From the NCBI GenBank assembly GCA_965369865.1, contig CBDURU010000020.1:1-40056 (forward strand): a stretch of DNA of 40,056 nucleotides, given 5' to 3'. The notes below the pieces were generated by a model. It made no database searches. It had not been told where the DNA came from and saw nothing but the letters and a program-made list of their open reading frames with translations. Source of the DNA: an uncultured bacterium (GTDB lineage Bacteria > JAJVIF01 > JAPKYR01). Positions within the stretch are counted from its first letter, which is position 1. Every line of letters begins with the position of its first letter. A program made the translations under genes and the position numbers. Below, piece by piece: positions 9,893-19,489 of the stretch.

Positions 9893-11445
9893 CGTCTAAT
9901 ATTATATACGATTAATTTCTTTTTAACCGCATAAACTTCTCTACCTAATAACATCGACTTCCAGCGCACACTGTTTTCATCCTCGATGAGATAATTTTGC
10001 TCAAAGATCACTGTAGCTTCATTAAACGGGTTCTGAATCAATCTATTTATATATGAATCATTGAAATTCCTGGGCGAATAAACTGCGATAACTGTCTCGA
10101 TTTCCCCATCCATGAATATATCAATGCTATTTTCATATGCATACAGGTTGTGTCGACGCTCTGGTGACATTTCGTTGTTAAGCCAGTGTAGAAGCGTGTC
10201 ATCATCATATAGAAGCATTGTCGATTCACCGGTACCGGGTGTTGGAACAACAATGTCCGATGCAATGTCCGACCAGGGAATTACATAGGTCGACTGGATG
10301 AAATTTGTACCCCTGACGTAATTAACTGTCGAAACCAGGTTGATGACGATAAGGATAATTACAGCAATCACACCAAGCATGCTTTCAGTTTTTGAATTCC
10401 GGTCGGCGGATGGTGCAATTCCGAGAAGAAACAGGAATATGGGCGCGATGAATGTCAATCTCGATGCGGAAAACTCAAGTCCTACACCTATCAGGGTTAA
10501 TGCAAGAACACCAAGAGGAAGCGAAATTGCCAGGATCAACCAGAAAAGAAGGCCGTGGGTAGTCGATCTCAAGCGCCATGCAAGGTGAAGAAGATATCCA
10601 ACTGAAATTATCGCTGGAATTGAGAACCAAAGGTCCCATGGACGTATAAACTCCCCGATCGAAAATGAATAAACGGTGAACCCGAATCGCGCCACGAAGG
10701 CTATCATAAACCAAACACCATCTGAGAATGAGTGATGATGCATCCCACGAGCCTGGTAAACCATCAGTATTATCAGGGGAATTGATGCGATCACGGCCCA
10801 TAGAAGTGATTTCAGCAGTGGTTTCGATTCACGCCTGGGTCTGGAAAGTATAAAAATTAAATGTGCCGGGATGATAACCAGGGAAATGTAACTTGTGGCA
10901 AACGAAAGAAACAAAAGGAGTCCATATGAAAATGGTGACGAAGGATTCTTACCTGTGTTCCGTGCCGATTCGAGTAAAATCAGTGTGGCGATCAACAGAA
11001 ATCCTGCATTAAGCATGTAATACCGCATCATCGGGCCGAACAAAAACAGGTGGGCACTGGTGGCAATAAGAATTCCCGAAAGCATCAGAAATTTATCAGC
11101 CTTATCATTCGTCCGATGAAACGACTCTATAAGTCCGGGAATGCAGATTAACAATACCATCCCGAAAATCAAAATCGCAAAAAACCTTGCCGATTCGCCT
11201 GCATCGCCTGGGTCGATTATATTTTCAATCTTAGTTAGCAGGAAATACAATGGCGGATGAACGTCATTGACAATTTCATCCCGGAATTCACCCCATGATT
11301 CCTCCGAAAGCCGTACCGTGAATGTTTCATCTCCCCAGGTGGGGTTTCCGTGGTTGACCTCTATTCCCATCCAGTAAGCGGCGACAATTGCCAGGATGAT
11401 AAAGAGCCAGCAGGGAACGATAACCCGTTGCGGAACCCTCTTCAC
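9889..11445 (-). CDS. Multi-pass GT-C fold glycosyltransferase (ArnT/PMT, GT39-like)
   Basis: WGDETFT and NDVHPPLYF motifs after TM1, RYY motif, many TM helices. 4-bp overlaps at both ends. Confidence 0.8.
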   Translation of the reverse strand: MKRVPQRVIVPCWLFIILAIVAAYWMGIEVNHGNPTWGDETFTVRLSEESWGEFRDEIVNDVHPPLYFLLTKIENIIDPGDAGESARFFAILIFGMVLLICIPGLIESFHRTNDKADKFLMLSGILIATSAHLFLFGPMMRYYMLNAGFLLIATLILLESARNTGKNPSSPFSYGLLLFLSFATSYISLVIIPAHLIFILSRPRRESKPLLKSLLWAVIASIPLIILMVYQARGMHHHSFSDGVWFMIAFVARFGFTVYSFSIGEFIRPWDLWFSIPAIISVGYLLHLAWRLRSTTHGLLFWLILAISLPLGVLALTLIGVGLEFSASRLTFIAPIFLFLLGIAPSADRNSKTESMLGVIAVIILIVINLVSTVNYVRGTNFIQSTYVIPWSDIASDIVVPTPGTGESTMLLYDDDTLLHWLNNEMSPERRHNLYAYENSIDIFMDGEIETVIAVYSPRNFNDSYINRLIQNPFNEATVIFEQNYLIEDENSVRWKSMLLGREVYAVKKKLIVYNIRR

Positions 11446-12467
11446 TTCCCCGCCTCCTCATCGACCGGGATTCCCACTGTCCTGAACCACCATCTCGCGA
11501 TCCTGTTGTGGAATGCCGATGTTGGGAATTTCTCCGGCAGGATAATCGACGTGAAGTACGGGTAAATTCTTTCCGCCTTGAAATCCGGGAGTTTCCTTAA
11601 AGCAATGTGCTTTTTCCAGATCGTGAGCCAGTTAATAATTGGCCAGCAGTGTGCCAGAGCGGTAGCCCAGAATGGTTTCTTCCGCAAAAGACATGAGAAT
11701 GGTTTGGTTAAGGAATCGAGAAAGTTATATGGAAATAACAGGATCATTTTCGAGCAGTCGAAAAAAAGGAGCATCGTTAACAGGCGATTTCTTTCCTGTA
11801 AATATGCGATCCGGTTAGGATTGGATTTCCCGACCGAGTGGCTGCCCCTATGCCGTACGACAGCATCCGGGCATTGAACCACTTTTTTCCCAAGCGCCCT
11901 CAAAAGGAATCCGATATAGACGTCCTCGTAATAAAGGAAATAATTTTTATCGACTATTTCTATGGGAAGTTCTCTGTCCCTTCGGAGAAGGAAACACGCG
12001 CCCGATGGATAAACCGCTTTTGTCCGATCGGTGTAAACTCCATCGACGAGATACAAGAGGGGATTCAAACTCGCGTTTGTAGATTTTTGAATATCGGATT
12101 CGTCCTCATGTTCGATAACCGCACTGACAGCATGCGCGCCGGTTTCATTTGCCGATTTAATCAGAGCTTTGAGCCATCCCGGTGTGAATTCAAGATCGTT
12201 ATTCGCGATCACGAGAAATTCTTCATCCCCCAATTTCCAGGCTTCCACGATCGCCCCGGCATAACCTATGTTAGTGCTGAGTTTGATGATTTCGATTCGT
12301 TCCAGGAGGTTGTTCGGGATGAGATCGGTTACCGGGGCAGGGGACGCGTTGTCGATTAATGTAATGGGGATGTCGCGATTAACTGAATTTGATAACGAGG
12401 CCAGGCAGCCGGAGAGGACATCGCCGCCGTCGTACTCAACAATCACGATCCTGACCGTTTGCTCCAT
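11442..12467 (-). CDS. Family 2 glycosyltransferase
   Basis: IDNAS, NIGYAGA, IANND, SGACFLLRR, YFLYYEDV. Start reassigned to MEQTVRIV (12467) because the longer ORF-track start runs into the repeat element. Confidence 0.88.
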   Translation of the reverse strand: MEQTVRIVIVEYDGGDVLSGCLASLSNSVNRDIPITLIDNASPAPVTDLIPNNLLERIEIIKLSTNIGYAGAIVEAWKLGDEEFLVIANNDLEFTPGWLKALIKSANETGAHAVSAVIEHEDESDIQKSTNASLNPLLYLVDGVYTDRTKAVYPSGACFLLRRDRELPIEIVDKNYFLYYEDVYIGFLLRALGKKVVQCPDAVVRHRGSHSVGKSNPNRIAYLQERNRLLTMLLFFDCSKMILLFPYNFLDSLTKPFSCLLRKKPFWATALAHCWPIINWLTIWKKHIALRKLPDFKAERIYPYFTSIILPEKFPTSAFHNRIARWWFRTVGIPVDEEAGK

Positions 12468-12523
12468 GATGCAAGTGTACCCGTGAGTCGATAGTTGGTT
12501 CAAGCAGTTGGGATGAATAATAT

Positions 12524-13122
12524 CAGCACCGGGGACAGGCACTCAGATTTGCCGGGTAGTTTGCAGGGAGCGTGACCATTTGTATTAGCGGCAAATCTGT
12601 GAGCCAGTCCCCTGATCTGTACGATTCCCCTGATCTGTACGATTCCCTTGATCCGTGAGTTCCCTGTCCGTGAGTTCCCTGTCCGTGAGTTCGCTGTCCG
12701 TGAGTTCGCTGATCTGAAAAATTTACCCGGTAAATCGAGAATTTTTTCTGGAAACCCAATGTTCAATGTTGTAGAAGTGAAAAAAATTTATGTACAGGGG
12801 ACTGGCTCACAAATTTACCGGCTATGTTAGAGGTTAGTCCTTCTTCAGCACCGGGGACAGGCACTCAGATTTGCCGGGTAGTTTAGAGGGAGCGTGACCA
12901 TTTGTATTAGCGGCAAATCTGTGAGCCAGTCCCCTGATCTGTACCAGTCCCATTGTCTGAAAAAATTACCCGGTCAATCGAGAATCCTTTCCGGAAAACC
13001 AAATGTTCAATGTTGTAGAAGTGAGAAAAATTTATGTACAGGGGACTGGCTCACAAATTTACCGGCTATGTTAGAGGTCGGTCCTTCTTTATGTACCCCG
13101 GTAAATTTGAGTGCCTGTCCCC
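12524..13122. repeat. Composite REPIN-like element: two direct copies (offset 322 bp) of a unit with GGGGACAGGCACTC...GAGCCAGTCCCC palindromes
   Basis: Palindromes at 12531-12612 and 12853-12934, inverted copy at 13041-13122, half copy at 12797. Internal 15-bp (GTCCGTGAGTTCSCT) and 18-bp microrepeats in copy 1. Confidence 0.88.
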
Positions 13123-13223
13123 GGTTTTCGAAGATTCACCCATGTAATTTCCAAAATATTATCAGGAACTATTTGCAATTTTCATGTGACTATACTATTA
13201 GTATCTTGTATTAAATCTAATTA

Positions 13224-13280
13224 ACCCGGAAGCGGGTGGACGAAAGGCGTCCCCTTCTTTCCGATTCTAAAGGAGAATCG
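13224..13280 (+). promoter_or_regulatory. Three-hairpin 5' leader, the last hairpin occluding the RBS
   Basis: ACCCG-GAAG-CGGGT, GGACG-AAAGG-CGTCC and CGATTCT-AAAGG-AGAATCG, ending 5 nt before the ATG at 13286. Confidence 0.5.
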
Positions 13281-13285
13281 CACTG

Positions 13286-14029
13286 ATGAAATGTCCTTCA
13301 TGCGGATTTGAAAATGAGGAAGGCGCGAAATTCTGCCAGAGTTGCGGCGGAAATATTGAAGGGGGAGCGACCGCTCAACCGCCACCCGAAATGGATGCGG
13401 GTGCACCGCCGCCTCCGCCACCCCCTCCGCCATCGAGTGGACCGGCCGCAAGTGGCCAGATTGATATCGGGGGATGGATAAGCAAGGGATTCACAGAAAC
13501 ATTTGCCGACTTTGGGAACTATATCCTGCTTGGATTAGTAGTTGGCCTTGTAGGTGGCGTAACCGCTGGAATACTTATGGGGCCGCTGTATGCCGGAGCG
13601 CTTGTTGTCGTAAGACGAAAACTTCGCGGAACGGGAACGATCGATGTCGGGCAGGTATTCTCGCTGGGATTTGAAAAATTTCTGCCTGCTTTCGTGATCG
13701 TGTGGGTTCCAATCGTTATCCTCGCAATTGTCAGTGCGATCCCTGTAATCGGCTGGATTGTCAGCCTTGTTGCATGCGGTTTCATGATGCCATTTTTTGC
13801 GATCGGGCTTCATTACATAATGGAAGAAAATGTGGACTTCATGGACGCTGGTAAAAAAGCCTGGGGACTCATCAGTACAAATATGGTTCAGTTCTGGCTG
13901 CTCGGACTTGTTACCGGCATAATCGCAGGTATCGGTGGGATCGTTTGCGGTGTCGGCGCGTTCGTCACAGCCCCGGTTGGAATCATAATGATGGCACTGA
14001 TGCTCGAAAGTTATTTCCCGAAAAAGTAA
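13286..14029 (+). CDS. Zinc-ribbon / Pro-rich linker / multi-TM membrane protein
   Basis: CPSCG...FCQSCG, poly-Pro linker, then several hydrophobic helices. Confidence 0.85.
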   Translation: MKCPSCGFENEEGAKFCQSCGGNIEGGATAQPPPEMDAGAPPPPPPPPPSSGPAASGQIDIGGWISKGFTETFADFGNYILLGLVVGLVGGVTAGILMGPLYAGALVVVRRKLRGTGTIDVGQVFSLGFEKFLPAFVIVWVPIVILAIVSAIPVIGWIVSLVACGFMMPFFAIGLHYIMEENVDFMDAGKKAWGLISTNMVQFWLLGLVTGIIAGIGGIVCGVGAFVTAPVGIIMMALMLESYFPKK

Positions 14030-14057
14030 ATTTTAATGGAACAATTTAAAGTCAATG

Positions 14058-14086
14058 AGCCTCCGATTAATCGGGGGCTTTGATTT
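14058..14086 (+). terminator. Probable terminator hairpin
   Basis: AGCCTCCGAT-TA-ATCGGGGGCT followed by TTGATTT, about 30 bp after the stop codon. Confidence 0.55.
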
Positions 14087-14159
14087 ATCCAGCCGGTTAT
14101 ATTTTGTATAATGAGCGGGATAAAAATGAATTATAAAAAAAAATAACAGGTGATTACAT

Positions 14160-15119
14160 TTGGAACCAACCAGTCAAAATAACCCCATGTACTGCCGAAG
14201 TTGCGGGAAGGAAATTACTACCGACAGTGTGTACTGCGAATCCTGCGGCACACCGGTATCCAGTCCACCGAAGCGAGTTTACGAGCCGGAAGAAGATCCG
14301 GGATACGAGCGAGCAGAACCGGATGGACAACAAAAACTGGAAGATTTTTATTCGAGCTTCAAATTCCCTGAAATAACGGTACCGCCCCGGATCGGACGCG
14401 CGTTAACACTCGGATGGGATATCCAGATGCAGGACATCGTGGGTGTGATCCTCGTTACGCTGGCATTTATCTTGCTCAGCTTACTGTCGGCGATCCCGAT
14501 TATCGGATATTTCCTGGTTATCGCGTTACAGGTCGGAATGATCGGGTGGGCGGAGGAACGGCGTCGCGGTCTACAGTCCGGTCCGGGCGCGATGGTGAGG
14601 ATAGCTTTAAACCGTTTCACTGAATCGGTTTTACTTGCCCTCGTTCTTATCGCTGTATCCATCGTGATTACGCTGCCGTTATTTATCGCTTACTTCTGGT
14701 TTTTCTGGTCAATTATAACTGCGGCTGTTACAGCAAGTTCTTCTTCATCCGGGTCGATTTCATCGATACCGTACCCGGCACTGTTAATGGGACCCGCGAT
14801 GTTACTACTCGCGATTTTCTGGGTGTTTATTTTAGGATTTGTAGGCGGACCGCTGATCGCATCGATGCAGTCCATGGTTGCCTGGGGAATCGCGAACGGG
14901 AGATCGTTCCAGGAATCGCTTGCCTGGGCATGGGAAAGAATGAAAAGCAATGTCCTTGGATGGTGGATAGCCGGATTTGTTATCAGTTTAATCAGTGGAC
15001 TCGGAACCTATCTGTGTTATGTCGGGATCCTGATCACCTACCCGTGGAGTGTGCTGTCGTGGGCAGTGATCGTAAGCGACAGGGGGGAATCCGAATCTTT
15101 GGGCAAACCTGATAAATAA
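14160..15119 (+). CDS. Zinc-ribbon multi-TM membrane protein with the same architecture as 13286-14029
   Basis: YCRSCG...YCESCG, then TM segments; the C-terminal GLGTYLCYVGILIT matches GIGGIVCGVGAFVT of the upstream gene. Start is TTG 14160 or ATG 14187. Confidence 0.8.
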   Translation: MEPTSQNNPMYCRSCGKEITTDSVYCESCGTPVSSPPKRVYEPEEDPGYERAEPDGQQKLEDFYSSFKFPEITVPPRIGRALTLGWDIQMQDIVGVILVTLAFILLSLLSAIPIIGYFLVIALQVGMIGWAEERRRGLQSGPGAMVRIALNRFTESVLLALVLIAVSIVITLPLFIAYFWFFWSIITAAVTASSSSSGSISSIPYPALLMGPAMLLLAIFWVFILGFVGGPLIASMQSMVAWGIANGRSFQESLAWAWERMKSNVLGWWIAGFVISLISGLGTYLCYVGILITYPWSVLSWAVIVSDRGESESLGKPDK

Positions 15120-15201
15120 ACCAGATATTAACCATTTTTAACCACTGCGGATTAATTTACAGGTTTCCGGATGATTATGATTAAAGTGAGAAATGAAAAA
15201 T

Positions 15202-15274
15202 CCGTAGAACAGCACGGCAGTGCGTCAAATGGATTGTTTTAATGTGGAAGACGCACTGCCGTGCTGTTCTACGG
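15202..15274. repeat. Perfect 25-bp inverted repeat (GTAG-REP doublet-like) between convergent genes
   Basis: CCGTAGAACAGCACGGCAGTGCGTC (15202-15226) and its exact reverse complement (15250-15274), with a 23-nt loop. Confidence 0.9.
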
Positions 15275-15340
15275 TTCGTCGTTTTTTCGTGGGCTTTAAA
15301 TGATTAATTTTTTCTATAAACGGGCAGGGGTGGGGGAATT

Positions 15341-15814
15341 TTAAAATTTGTGTTTGCTGTCGATGAGTATAGTCACAGGTCCCTCGTTAATAAGCGAGAT
15401 ATTCATCGTCGCGCCGAATATTCCCTCTTCGACATTTAATCCCCGCTTCCTGACTTCGTCGTTGAAAAGTTTATAATACTCCTCCGCCATATCCGGTGGA
15501 GCCGCGCCAGTGAACGAGGGTCTGAAGCCTTTTCTCGCGTTCCCGTGAAGCGTGAACTGGCTGATCGATAGGACACCGAATTTCCCGCCTTCATCCTGTT
15601 CACTTACAACATCCAGAAGTGAACGGTTCATTTTCCCGTCGGAATCGCTGAATATCCTCAGGCCCGATATCTTGTTACTCATCCATTCGATATCCCTGAT
15701 CGTGTCTTCCGGATCGACTGAAACCAGGACCACCAGGCCGTCGATTATCGAGCCTGTGACCTTATTATCCACCTTGCATTTAGCGGGTCCGGATCTTTGG
15801 ACGACTGCTCTCAT
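15341..15814 (-). CDS. dtd: D-aminoacyl-tRNA deacylase
   Basis: MRAVVQR, LRIFSD..GKMN.S, SQFTL, G.RPSF, NEGPVT; lies downstream of rel, the usual synteny. Confidence 0.96.
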   Translation of the reverse strand: MRAVVQRSGPAKCKVDNKVTGSIIDGLVVLVSVDPEDTIRDIEWMSNKISGLRIFSDSDGKMNRSLLDVVSEQDEGGKFGVLSISQFTLHGNARKGFRPSFTGAAPPDMAEEYYKLFNDEVRKRGLNVEEGIFGATMNISLINEGPVTILIDSKHKF

Positions 15815-15923
15815 GTTAGAAACTCTGTACAGGTATTATGGATATAATTGGTAATTTTGTACAATTTTAAGCCGAAATCTTATACATTCCACATTTAATT
15901 CACATACCTTAATTTCGCTATCT

Positions 15924-18173
15924 TTAACCCTTCGACCGTGTCGCCTCCGCCACATCCGCTATCCCCATGATTTTATGTATCACGGATTTCAAATCCTGCG
16001 TGTTACGGACTCCGACAACGAGTTCGATTTTCACGGTGTTATCGCCAGGATAGTTTAATTGAATATTATTGATGCTTATATGGTGATCTGAAAGAACCTG
16101 GGTAACATCGGAAAGGATTCCGGTTCGATTCAGTCCCCAGATATCGAGGCCTGTCAGGAATGTATTTTCCTGCGCTTCATCCCATTCAGCGGGCAGAAGA
16201 CGCTCGGTATCCCTGATTGCCCTGACTTGCGGGCAATCAGCATAATGGATGCTTATGCCGCGGCCTTTTGTCGTGAAACCGATAATTGGGTCGCCCGGTA
16301 TCGGCTGGCAGCATCGCGCGAGCCTGATGAATACGTTCGCGTCGCCATCAACCAGGATACCGAGGTTCCCGCTCACTCCCTGGGGTGCCAGACGGCGCTC
16401 AACGATCTGGGGAGCACTCAGGCGTTTAGACTTCCTGAGTTTATCTATAAGGCGTTTCCTGAGCTGGTTGAGTACATCCTTTGGACTAAGGTCGCCGCGG
16501 CCGATTGCGTAATAGAGCTCGTCCATGGTCTTAAATTTGAAATGCTTCAATTCTTTTTTTAGAGTAGCCTGGCTTGTAACTTTCACGAGGGAAAACCCGA
16601 GTCGTTTCCGTTCCTGCTCGAGAAGCTGGCGGCCGGCCTTGACCGCGTCCTCGATTGTCTCCTTGCGCATCCAGGACCGGATTTTTTCGCGGGCACTCGA
16701 GGTCTTGATGAAATTCAGCCAATCACGGCTCGGTCCGAGCTTAGCTATGTCCCCTTTCCCCACGATTATCTCGACGATATCGCCGTTATTCAGCGGGGTA
16801 TCGAGTGAAACCATTTTCTTGTTGACTTTTGCGCCCCGGCATCGATGCCCGATTTCGGTATGGATCTGGTATGCGAAATCCACGGGTGTGGACCCGGCGG
16901 GAAGTGTTTTGATATCGCCCTTCGGTGTGAACACAAAAACCTCGTCGCTGTAAATGTCGACAAGCAGCGCGTCCACGAACGCCTTGTTATCAATCGAATC
17001 CTTTCGGAAATCCATAACCTCCCTGAGCCAGGAAAGTTTCTCATCCAGCGAGGTCTTCGCGAGCCGCCCTTCCTTGTAAAGCCAGTGCGCGGCGATCCCG
17101 TATTCGGCAACCTGGTGCATCTCCCAGGTGCGGATCTGGATTTCGACCGGCTGCCCCTTCGGACCGATTACCGTGGTGTGCAGCGACTGGTACAGGTTGG
17201 TTTTCGGGCAGCCGATGTAGTCCTTGAATCTCTCGAACAGCGGCTTGTAGACGGTATGGATATTCCCAAGGGCGGAGTAGCAATCGGGGATGTTATTTAC
17301 GATGATCCTGACCGCGTGGAGGTCCATGACCTGGTCGAACGTAAGGTTGTCGTTACGCATTTTCCGCCAGATCGAGTACAGGTGTTTCGCGCGGCCCATC
17401 ACCCTCGCTTCCAGTTTGTGGCGCCTCAGCAGTAATTCGAGGGCGATGATAATTTCGCGAAGGTACCTCTCGCGATCCTCCCTCTTGACAGCCACCATCT
17501 GGACGAGTTCTTCGTATTCATCGGTATACAGGCGTTTAAAAGCGAGGTCCTCTATTTCCCACCGGATGGCGCCCATTCCAAGCCGGTGCGCGAGTGGCGC
17601 GAAAAACTCCAGTGTTTCCTTTGCGATCCTCACCTGTTTTTCCGGATGCAGGTATTGCAGTGTGCGCATATTGTGCAGGCGGTCGGCCATTTTAATCAGG
17701 ACCACACGTATATCGCGCGCCATGGCCATGATCATGTTAGCCATATTGTCCGCCTGCTCATTTGTGGCGCCCGGACGGAGTTCCGCCTCGAGGCGGCTTA
17801 ATTTTGTAACCCCCTGTACCAGTGTGACAATTTCCTCGCTGAAATTCACCCGGAGGTCGTCTTCGGTGGTGTCTGTATCCTCGATAATGTCATGGAGGAG
17901 CGCAGCGGCTACGACAGCCGTATCCAGCCTGAATTCGGTTAGAATCGCCGCAACCTCCAGGGGATGGGTGATATACGGTTCGTCGGATTTGCGGACCTGG
18001 TTTTTATGGGCTTCCCTGGCTATCCTGAAGGCGGTTTTTAAGGGTTCGAGATCTGTGTCCGAACCGTCTTTTCTAAAGTGCTCCAAGATATTCTCGAATT
18101 TTTCATCGATCCTGGATGACTGCGTACTCATCCCTTTCCGGGACACTTTGATATCCTTAGCCGCTTCTTTCAT
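15924..18173 (-). CDS. rel: Long bifunctional (p)ppGpp synthetase/hydrolase (RelA/SpoT homologue)
   Basis: HD hydrolase (PYITHP, LLHDIIEDT, KMADRLHNMRTL), synthetase (RAKHLYSI, YQSLHTTV, EIQIRT), TGS (VFTPKG, DFAY.IH), CC (ARCCQPIPGD) and ACT domains. Confidence 0.96.
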   Translation of the reverse strand: MKEAAKDIKVSRKGMSTQSSRIDEKFENILEHFRKDGSDTDLEPLKTAFRIAREAHKNQVRKSDEPYITHPLEVAAILTEFRLDTAVVAAALLHDIIEDTDTTEDDLRVNFSEEIVTLVQGVTKLSRLEAELRPGATNEQADNMANMIMAMARDIRVVLIKMADRLHNMRTLQYLHPEKQVRIAKETLEFFAPLAHRLGMGAIRWEIEDLAFKRLYTDEYEELVQMVAVKREDRERYLREIIIALELLLRRHKLEARVMGRAKHLYSIWRKMRNDNLTFDQVMDLHAVRIIVNNIPDCYSALGNIHTVYKPLFERFKDYIGCPKTNLYQSLHTTVIGPKGQPVEIQIRTWEMHQVAEYGIAAHWLYKEGRLAKTSLDEKLSWLREVMDFRKDSIDNKAFVDALLVDIYSDEVFVFTPKGDIKTLPAGSTPVDFAYQIHTEIGHRCRGAKVNKKMVSLDTPLNNGDIVEIIVGKGDIAKLGPSRDWLNFIKTSSAREKIRSWMRKETIEDAVKAGRQLLEQERKRLGFSLVKVTSQATLKKELKHFKFKTMDELYYAIGRGDLSPKDVLNQLRKRLIDKLRKSKRLSAPQIVERRLAPQGVSGNLGILVDGDANVFIRLARCCQPIPGDPIIGFTTKGRGISIHYADCPQVRAIRDTERLLPAEWDEAQENTFLTGLDIWGLNRTGILSDVTQVLSDHHISINNIQLNYPGDNTVKIELVVGVRNTQDLKSVIHKIMGIADVAEATRSKG

Positions 18174-18356
18174 CGTTATTGTCCGTCATTTCTCAACCGG
18201 CGTGAATCAAAAATTCCAGTGCCGATCAAATGACAGCTCATTAAAATTATATCATGAAATTGGAACATACAACTTTATGTCCCGCGAGATCGATCAACTT
18301 TCCTTTAATCCCTTGAATTTTTCCCGTAAATATCAACATGTGATAGAATACTGCCC

Positions 18357-19367
18357 ATGGAACGGAGAGTGGTAAAACTCCTGACAATTCTGTTGCTCCT
18401 TACGGGTGCGCTTGTCACCCTTGGATGGATCGGTTTCATGCTGCTCGGATTAGCATCCCCCCAGGCCCTGTCATCAACGATCAACATCATCAGTTCGGTA
18501 GGTCTTGGAAGCCCGCCGGTTGAATCGACGATGGGGTGGGGCCTGATAGGAATACTCCAGTTCGGTTCGATTGGAATTGTCACAGTTACTGTCGCCCTCC
18601 TTTCACAGGTTATAATCCAGGGTGCGTTAAAGCAATACATGGGAAGAAAAAGAATGGACGAACGAATTAATCATCTGAGTAACCACTCCATAATTGTGGG
18701 TTACAGTCTCACCGGAGCCGCCCTTGTCCGGGACCTTAAGGCGGAAGGCCAGGACTTTGTTGTAATCGAAAGTGATCCTGAGAAAATTACAAAGCTCGGT
18801 GAGATGGGAATCCTTTTTGTCGAGGGCAACGGCCTCGATGACGAGACTCTTAGAAATGCCGGCATTGAGAGAGCGAGGGCGATATTCGCGGTGCTGTCGG
18901 CGGATTCCGATAACCTTATGTTGGTTCTCTCGGCTCGCGGATTCAATGAAAAGATGAATATTGTCAGTCGTGTAACGCGTGAGGATTATGTCGATCGATT
19001 TCACCGGGCCGGTGTCGATGCCGCGATCAGCCCGCAGGAATGGGCAAGCCGCAGGATGGTGCAATCGGTTCTCAGGCCTCACCTTCTCGGCCTCCTGTCC
19101 TCGCTTCTCGACCCGTCGGTCGATCATGCTTACCTCGATGAGGTCAGGGTTCCGCCAAAAAGTTCAGTAATTAACAAGACCCTTGCTAAATTGGGGATAA
19201 GGCAGGCTACGGGCATTGTTATCCTTGGAATCGCATCGCTGGATGGCACATGCAATTCAGCGGTAGGACCCGAAACCGTTCTTTCTGAAGGGGATGTACT
19301 TATCGGTTACGGGCAAAGACAGGATTTCGCGAAACTTAAAGAATTCCTGAATCTAAGATTGGTATAA
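18357..19367 (+). CDS. 2-TM ion channel with RCK (TrkA-N/TrkA-C) domains, MthK-like, with a degenerate filter
   Basis: TM-pore-TM then RCK-N (HSIIVGYS, FVVIESD, LRNAGIERA, DSDNL) and RCK-C (INKTLAKLGIRQATG, ETVLSEGDVL). Filter reads SSVGLG. Confidence 0.85.
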   Translation: MERRVVKLLTILLLLTGALVTLGWIGFMLLGLASPQALSSTINIISSVGLGSPPVESTMGWGLIGILQFGSIGIVTVTVALLSQVIIQGALKQYMGRKRMDERINHLSNHSIIVGYSLTGAALVRDLKAEGQDFVVIESDPEKITKLGEMGILFVEGNGLDDETLRNAGIERARAIFAVLSADSDNLMLVLSARGFNEKMNIVSRVTREDYVDRFHRAGVDAAISPQEWASRRMVQSVLRPHLLGLLSSLLDPSVDHAYLDEVRVPPKSSVINKTLAKLGIRQATGIVILGIASLDGTCNSAVGPETVLSEGDVLIGYGQRQDFAKLKEFLNLRLV

Positions 19368-19400
19368 GACCAATCCTGTTAATTATATATTGATTCGAGA

Positions 19401-19444
19401 TCGGGGACATCTCTTTTCGCCCGTCGAAAAGCAGGTGTCCCCCC
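19401..19444. repeat. GGGGACAYC...GGTGTCCCC REP-like palindrome
   Basis: GGGGACATCTCTTTTCG-CCCGT-CGAAAAGCAGGTGTCCCC between convergent genes. Confidence 0.75.
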
Positions 19445-19489
19445 TGAATGTTAAATTTGTCCAATCAATTTTTGTTTAACGGTATTGGT

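Noticed and set aside
12500..13214. Short ORFs with repeated peptides (SRTGN, VREFP)
   Set aside because: Translations of the palindromic element and its 15-bp microrepeats; no RBS or protein-like features.
16227..18375. Long plus-strand ORFs (e.g. 17290-18375, 16845-17435)
   Set aside because: Antisense shadows of rel with no recognisable motifs.
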